Below are positions 37,640-64,000 of a DNA stretch of 64,000 nt, piece by piece. This stretch comes from the human T2T-CHM13v2.0 reference genome, Homo sapiens: the NCBI RefSeq assembly GCF_009914755.1, contig NC_060935.1, one strand, 5' to 3'. Every line of letters starts with the position of its first letter. Positions within the stretch are counted from its first letter, which is position 1. Made by a program: the position numbers and the translations under genes. A model generated the notes under the pieces. The model searched no databases. It worked only from the letters and a program-made list of their open reading frames with translations, and was not told the origin of the DNA.

Positions 37640-38530
37640 TCAAGTATGGTCAAGTACATAGAGATAGGGAATGGAATGGTGTTTACAAGGGCTGGGGTGT
37701 GAGGGGTGGGAAGAAGTGGGGAGATGTAAGTCAAAGGATACAAAGTAGCCTATATGTAGGATGAACAAGTTGAAGTATCTCATGTACAACAGGAGAACTG
37801 TAATTAATAACAGTATCTTGTGTTTTTGATAAATGAATAGATTATATGTGCTTTTGCCAAAGGGGGGAATGGGTAACTTTTCCCATTTGTGAGATGATTG
37901 ATAGGTTAATTGGTTCCACTATAGTTAGCATTTTATATATCTCTATATATCTTTATCTATATATATACATATGTATCTTATAACATCATGTTGCTTATCT
38001 TAAATATGCACAATAACATTGATTTTAAAAAAACAAACAATTGTATATACATTCTATGGAATAATATTCAGCAATAAAAAGGAACAAAGTATTCATATAT
38101 ACAGCAACTTAGATGAATATCTGTAGAGTTTCTGATTTTTCAAAAGCCAACCTGAGAAGGATATATACCATATTATTCTCCTAGAAGGAGGGATATCTGT
38201 GGAGATGTAACTGTTCACTATCTTGATTGTGATGATGGGCACACTAAATTACACACATAAAATTGTATAGTACTATATGCATACACGGATACAGATAAAC
38301 CAACAAGGGAAATATTAATAAAATCAGTAGATTGTATCAGTATCAAGATCCTGGTATTATACTACATTGTATCATACTAGCATCTTGATGTTGATACAAT
38401 ATTATACTACAGTTTTGTAAAATATTACCATTAGAGGAAACAGGGTGATGAGTATATGATTACTCCTTGTGTTATTTCTTGCAACTGCATGTAAATCTAT
38501 AATAATCTCAAAAAACATTTCATTAAAAAT
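37640..38530 (+). mobile_element. Old L1M 3'-end fragments
   Basis: gggagatgtaagtcaaaggatacaaag, ggaataatattcagcaataaaaaggaa and tttcttgcaactgcatgtaaatctat are typical of L1MB/MC 3'UTRs. Confidence 0.65.
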
Positions 38531-39089
38531 CTAAAACATGGGAAAGTTATCTGATGCAAACTATAAGAAACCTGGCATAGCCATGTTAACGTTAAAAAAT
38601 ATATAATTCAAAATGAGGAGCATCACTAGAGATAGAGGCATAGTTTATAACAATAAAATAAACAATTTATCTGGATTCCCAAAACTAACATGGAAAAGAT
38701 CTTCCAATGTGCTATATATAAATGAATAAATAAGCCCAAGGAAATAAACTCCTATATGAGCTGAACACTGCCTTTCTCTTCTATTTATATTTCATATAAT
38801 TTAAATTTATGTGAGTTCCTCATGTGATTTAACCTGAAGCATAATATCAGTTAACAAAAGATAGTAATGGCATCACATTCCAATTTGCTTTAAAAAGCAA
38901 AACATGGTAATTGGGATTTGCATTTATTCATCATTTTAATCTAAATTCAGTACTAAAGGAGAAAAACCCTGACTTTCTGCTCTTTTCATGGAAAAATTAT
39001 AAAGCAGTTTACTTTTGTGTCTCTCAAATTTCACTTCCTAGAAATAACAACACTGTTTAACCGATTTCTTTTAGCTTATTTAGAGAACA

Positions 39090-39436
39090 TGTACATGCCA
39101 AAGTCCAATGTAAATTTCATGAGTCACTTGAGGACAAACATATTTGGAGAGAGTAAACCTTTAAACGGATTTTATTGTCAACAGCTAGAAGTATCTCTAT
39201 GAAATAATGATCTCTATGACTACAAAATAACATCTACCTCCTGATAGCAAAAGAACTGAGGAAGCTCTTTCCACTACGGCTGTATTGCACTGGTGAGTCC
39301 GGGCCCATGGATGAGAAATTGATGCGAGGATCAATACAAGCTTAATTTGAATTAATAAAAGGAAATATTTTCTCCCTTTGAACTTATCTCCGTAAAGCCA
39401 TTGTGCCTCCTCTTGGGGGTCACGTGTTCACAATCA
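39090..39436 (+). promoter_or_regulatory. SLC22A10 proximal promoter/5'UTR with liver TF-like motifs: HNF4 CAAAGTCCA 39099-39107, FOXA-like ACAAACA 39134-39140, loose HNF1-like GTAAACCTTTAAAC 39153-39166
   Basis: Motif matches by eye in unique sequence just upstream of the ATG; SLC22A10 is known as liver-expressed. Confidence 0.5.
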
Positions 39437-60304
<20,868 letters not shown>

Positions 60305-61015
60305 AAATGATTGCTACACAAAAGTGACCAAATTTTAAGAAGCCTTCATGAGCTGATTGGTGGGGAAATTCAGAAAAAAAAATACAGGAAAAGAACACAC
60401 CAGAAGGGTTTTTTTCCCTACAACCAGCAAGAACATATATTAGATACATGAATCTCAATTATAATTATGGCATTAATTTGCATTTTATTTCAAAATTAAC
60501 TTGTGGGGACATGTAATCTCTTGAGCAATCTGATATTTTTGGGAAGTCCTTTAAAAAGTTACAAATTTATCAATAAATTACTAGTAGATAAGATGATTCA
60601 GAAACAAAAGAAAATCACAGAATTAGGATGTGGCTGGCTGGTGTATGAAGCACCATGTGATGAATTCATAAAGTTGCAAAAGTCAAAACAATACTGTACA
60701 TGCAACCAGAAATCAAAATAAATCCAGAAATAGAGACCTATATAAATGCATTTAATACATGATACTTTTGACATAATAAGCCACTGGAAAACGGAAAGAT
60801 TAGATACTAAATAACATTGACTATCTCTTTGTAAATACAGTCACTAAATGATGTTAGTTACTTTTCCATGGTGGAATTTTAATTACTTTTTCTTTGTAAT
60901 TTTCTCTCTGTATATTTTAAACAAATAGCTGGTATAGTTTACAATATTATAAAGATATTGTTCAAATTGAAGGGCAAAGGCCAGGTTCAGCAATTTTCAA
61001 ACTGTATGTACATTT

Positions 61016-61021
61016 AATAAA
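61016..61021 (+). terminator. Candidate SLC22A10 polyadenylation signal (other AATAAA at 60572, 60717, 61063)
   Basis: AATAAA in an AT-rich 3'UTR about 0.7 kb after the stop; which signal is used cannot be read from sequence. Confidence 0.5.
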
Positions 61022-61191
61022 ATAACTATAAATTAAAAAATTATATTTCAAATGATGTGACTAATAAATGAAAGTACATATAGTAGTAAAGTAATTTCAG
61101 GCAAACCTATATAACCAAAATATAAACTTTCATTTTAAACAGCAAAGATTTTAAGTGCTAATGATTCTCAGAGTGGGTGAAGATACACTGA

Positions 61192-61387
61192 ATGTTGGGG
61201 TGATCAGACCCAACGCCAGGTCGTCGGGGCGATGAAGTCTGGCGGAGTCAAAGGAATGAGAAAAAGACAATTTGAGAGAGAAAGTGGGACCGGGGGCCAT
61301 CACAAGTGTGGAGGCTGCGAAGGCCCCAAGCTCTGGGAGCCCATGCTATTTATTGGTGCTCAAACAAACAAACAACTGGTGGTGAGG
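61192..61387 (-). mobile_element. MER9-type (HERV-K9) LTR, part; interrupted by MER11
   Basis: tgttggggtgatcagacccaac...ggagtcaaaggaatgagaaaa...tggtgagg. Confidence 0.8.
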
Positions 61388-62262
61388 TGTCGGGGGAAAT
61401 TCAGCCAGATGTCGGGCAAAATTCACCCCCGATATTTCACATAGGTTCTTTTCTACTTTCCCAAAGCATCGACCAGTTTGAGAAATAAAGGGACGGAGTA
61501 CAAAAGAGAGAAATTTCAAAGCTGGGCATCTGGGGGAGACGTCACATGTCGGTAGGTTCCATGATGCCCCCTGAGCCATAAAACCAGCAAGGTTTTATTA
61601 GGGATTTTCAAAACAGGAGGGAGTGTTCGAATAGGGTGTGGGTCACAGAGATCATGTACTTCACAAGGTAATAGAATATCACAAGGCAAATGGAGGCAGG
61701 GCGAGATCACAGGACCACAAGACGGGTGAAATTAAAATTGCTAATGAAGTTTCAGGCACCATTGTCATTGATAATATCTTATCAGGAGACAGGGTTTGAG
61801 AGCAACTGATCTGACCAAAATTTACTAGGCGGGAATTTCATTATCCTAATAAGCCTGGGAGCACTATGGAAGACTGGGGCTTATTTCATCCCTACAGTCT
61901 CAACCATAGAAGATGGTCACACCCAAGGGGGCCATTTTAGAGGCCCACCCTCAGGTGCGCGTTCTCTTTCTCAGGGATGTTCCTTGCTGAGAAAAAGAAT
62001 TCAGCGATATTTCTCCCATTTGCTTTCAAAAGAAGAGAAATATGGCTCTGTTCTGCCTGGCTCAACAGCAGTCAAAATTTAAGGTTATCTCTCTTGTTCC
62101 CTGAACATTGCTGTTATCCTGTTCTTTTTTCAAGGTGCCCAGATTTCATATAGTTCAAACACACGTACTCTACAACTTGTGCAGTTAATGCAACCATCAC
62201 AGGGTCCTGAGGCAACATACATCCTCCTCAGCTTACGTGATCACAGGATTAAGAGATTAAAG
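61388..62262 (-). mobile_element. MER11-type (HERV-K11/HML-8) LTR, part; interrupted by L1
   Basis: tgtcgggggaaattcagccagat...cacagggtcctgaggcaacatacatcctc...ggattaagagattaaag. Confidence 0.85.
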
Positions 62263-62264
62263 AG

Positions 62265-64000
62265 AGAGCGCCAAGATGGCCGAATACGAACAGCTCCGGT
62301 CTACAGCTCCCAGCGTGAGCGATGCAGATGATGGGTGATTTCTGCATTTCCATCTGAGGTCCCGGGTTCATCTCACTAGGGAGTGCCAGACAGTGGGCGC
62401 AGGACAGTGGGTGCAGCAAACCATGAGTGAGCCGAAGCAGGGCGAGGCACTGCCTCACTTGGGAAGCACAAGGGGTCAGGGAGTTCCCTTTCCTAGTCAA
62501 AGAAATGGGTGACAGACAGCGCCTGGAAAATTGGGTCACTCCCACCCTAATACTGCGCTTTTCCGATGGGCTTAAAAAACAGCTCACCAGGAGATTATAT
62601 CCCGCACATGGCTCAGAGGGTCCCACGCCCACGGAATCTCACTGATTGCTAGCACAGCAGTCTGAGATCAAACTGCAAGGCAGCAGCGAGGCTGGGGATG
62701 GGGTGCCCACCATTGCCCAGGCTTGCTTAGGTAAACAAAGCAGACAGGAAGCTCGAACTGGGTGGAGCCCACCACGGCTCAAGGAGGCCTGCCTGCCTTT
62801 GTAGGCTCCACCTCTGGGGACAGGGCACAGACAAACAAAAAGACAGCAATAACCTCTGCAGACTGAAATGTCCCTGTCTGACAGTTTTGAAGAGAGCAGT
62901 GGTTCTCCCAGCACGCAGCTGGAGATCTGAGAACCGGCAGACTGCCTCCTCAAGTGGGTCCCTGAACCCTGACCCCCGAGCAGCCTAACTGGGAGGCACC
63001 CCCCAGTAGGGGCAGACTGACACCTCACATGGCTGGGTACTCCTCTGAGACAAAACTTCCAGAGTAACGATCAGACAGCAGCATTCACAGTTGATGAAAA
63101 TCCACTGTTCTGCAGCCACCGCTGCTGATACCCAGGCAAACAGCATCTGGAGTGGACCTCTAGCAAACTCCAACAGACCTGCAGCTGAGGGTCCTGTCTG
63201 TTAGAAGGAAAATTAACAAACAGAAAGGACATCCACACCAAAAACCCATCTGTACATCACCATCATCAAAGACCAGAAGTAGATAAGACCAAAAAGATGG
63301 GGAAAAAACAGAGCAGAAAAACTGGAAACTCTAGAAAGCAGAGCACCTCTCCTCCTCCAAAGGAACGCAGTTCCTCACCAGCAACGGAACAAAGCTGGAT
63401 GGAGTATGACTTTGATGAGTTCAGAGAAGGTGGCTTCAGATGAACAAACTACTCTGAGCTACAGGAGGAAATTCAAACCAAAGACAAAGAAGTTAAAAAC
63501 TTTGAAAAAAATTTAGATGAATGTATAACTAGAATAACCAATACAGAGAAGTGCTTAAAGGAGCTGATGGAGCTGAAAGCCAAGGCTCAAGAACTATGTG
63601 AAGAATGCAGAAGCCTCAGAAGCTGATGCAATCAACTGGAAGAAAGGGTATCAGCGATGGAAGATGAAATGAATGAAATGAAGTGAGAAGGGAAGTTTAG
63701 AGAAAAAAGAATAAAAAGAAATGAACAAAGCCTCCAAGAAACATGGGACTATGTGAAAAGACCAAATCTACGTCTGATTGGTGTGCCTGAAAGTGACGGG
63801 GAGAATGGAACCAAGTTGGAAAACACTCTGCAGGATATTATCCAGGAGAACTTCCCCAATCTAGCAAGGCAGGCCAACATTCAGATTCAGGAAATACAGA
63901 GAATGCCACAAAGATACCCCTCGAGAACAGCAACTCCAAGACACATAATTGTCAGATTCACCAAAGTTGAAATGAAGGAAAAAATGTTAAGGGCAGCCAG
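62265..64000 (+). mobile_element. L1PA3-like element with intact 5'UTR; ORF1 from ATG 63297 with premature stops; runs off the window
   Basis: ccaagatggccgaatacgaacagctcc start; ORF1 MGKKQSRKTGNS... with in-frame TGA codons. Confidence 0.93.

Noticed and set aside
39401-39436. Shared N-terminal extension [12 protein letters not shown] / [12 protein letters not shown] in both SLC22 exon-1 ORFs
   Set aside because: The ORF track starts at TTG; this is homologous 5'UTR, and family proteins begin at MAF/MGF

Overview
Human genomic DNA from the organic-anion-transporter cluster on chr11q12.3, identified from the recognisable SLC22A10 protein. The + strand carries the complete 10-exon SLC22A10 (OAT5) coding region (ATG 39437 to TAA 60304; 1626 nt spliced, all GT-AG junctions read from the sequence). 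This haplotype shows four layers of damage: a W96* nonsense codon, Pro220, Leu516 in the conserved LPETK motif, and an A9 run in exon 10 that shifts a 552-aa PDZ-type tail (...KVTKF) out of frame. About 24 kb upstream, head-to-head on the - strand, is a two-exon relic of an SLC22A24-like paralogue. Its exon 1 is still open, its exon 2 is broken by a stop and an Alu, and an HNF4-type motif sits at the same distance from the ATG as in SLC22A10. Most of the remaining sequence is transposon-derived: several L1s, Alus, THE1/MLT1 LTRs, a decayed ERVL-class provirus and a nested MER9/MER11/L1PA3 stack. Structural observations include a likely gene-conversion tract between inverted L1s, a chimeric L1 at a probable deletion junction, a pure (AAGGG)42 tract, an inverted intronic duplication bracketing exons 7-9, and several fold-back micro-duplications. 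I see no evidence for a wholly new biological system. Repeat subfamily names, paralogue comparisons and literature statements come from memory and need checking by RepeatMasker/Dfam, alignment and database lookup.
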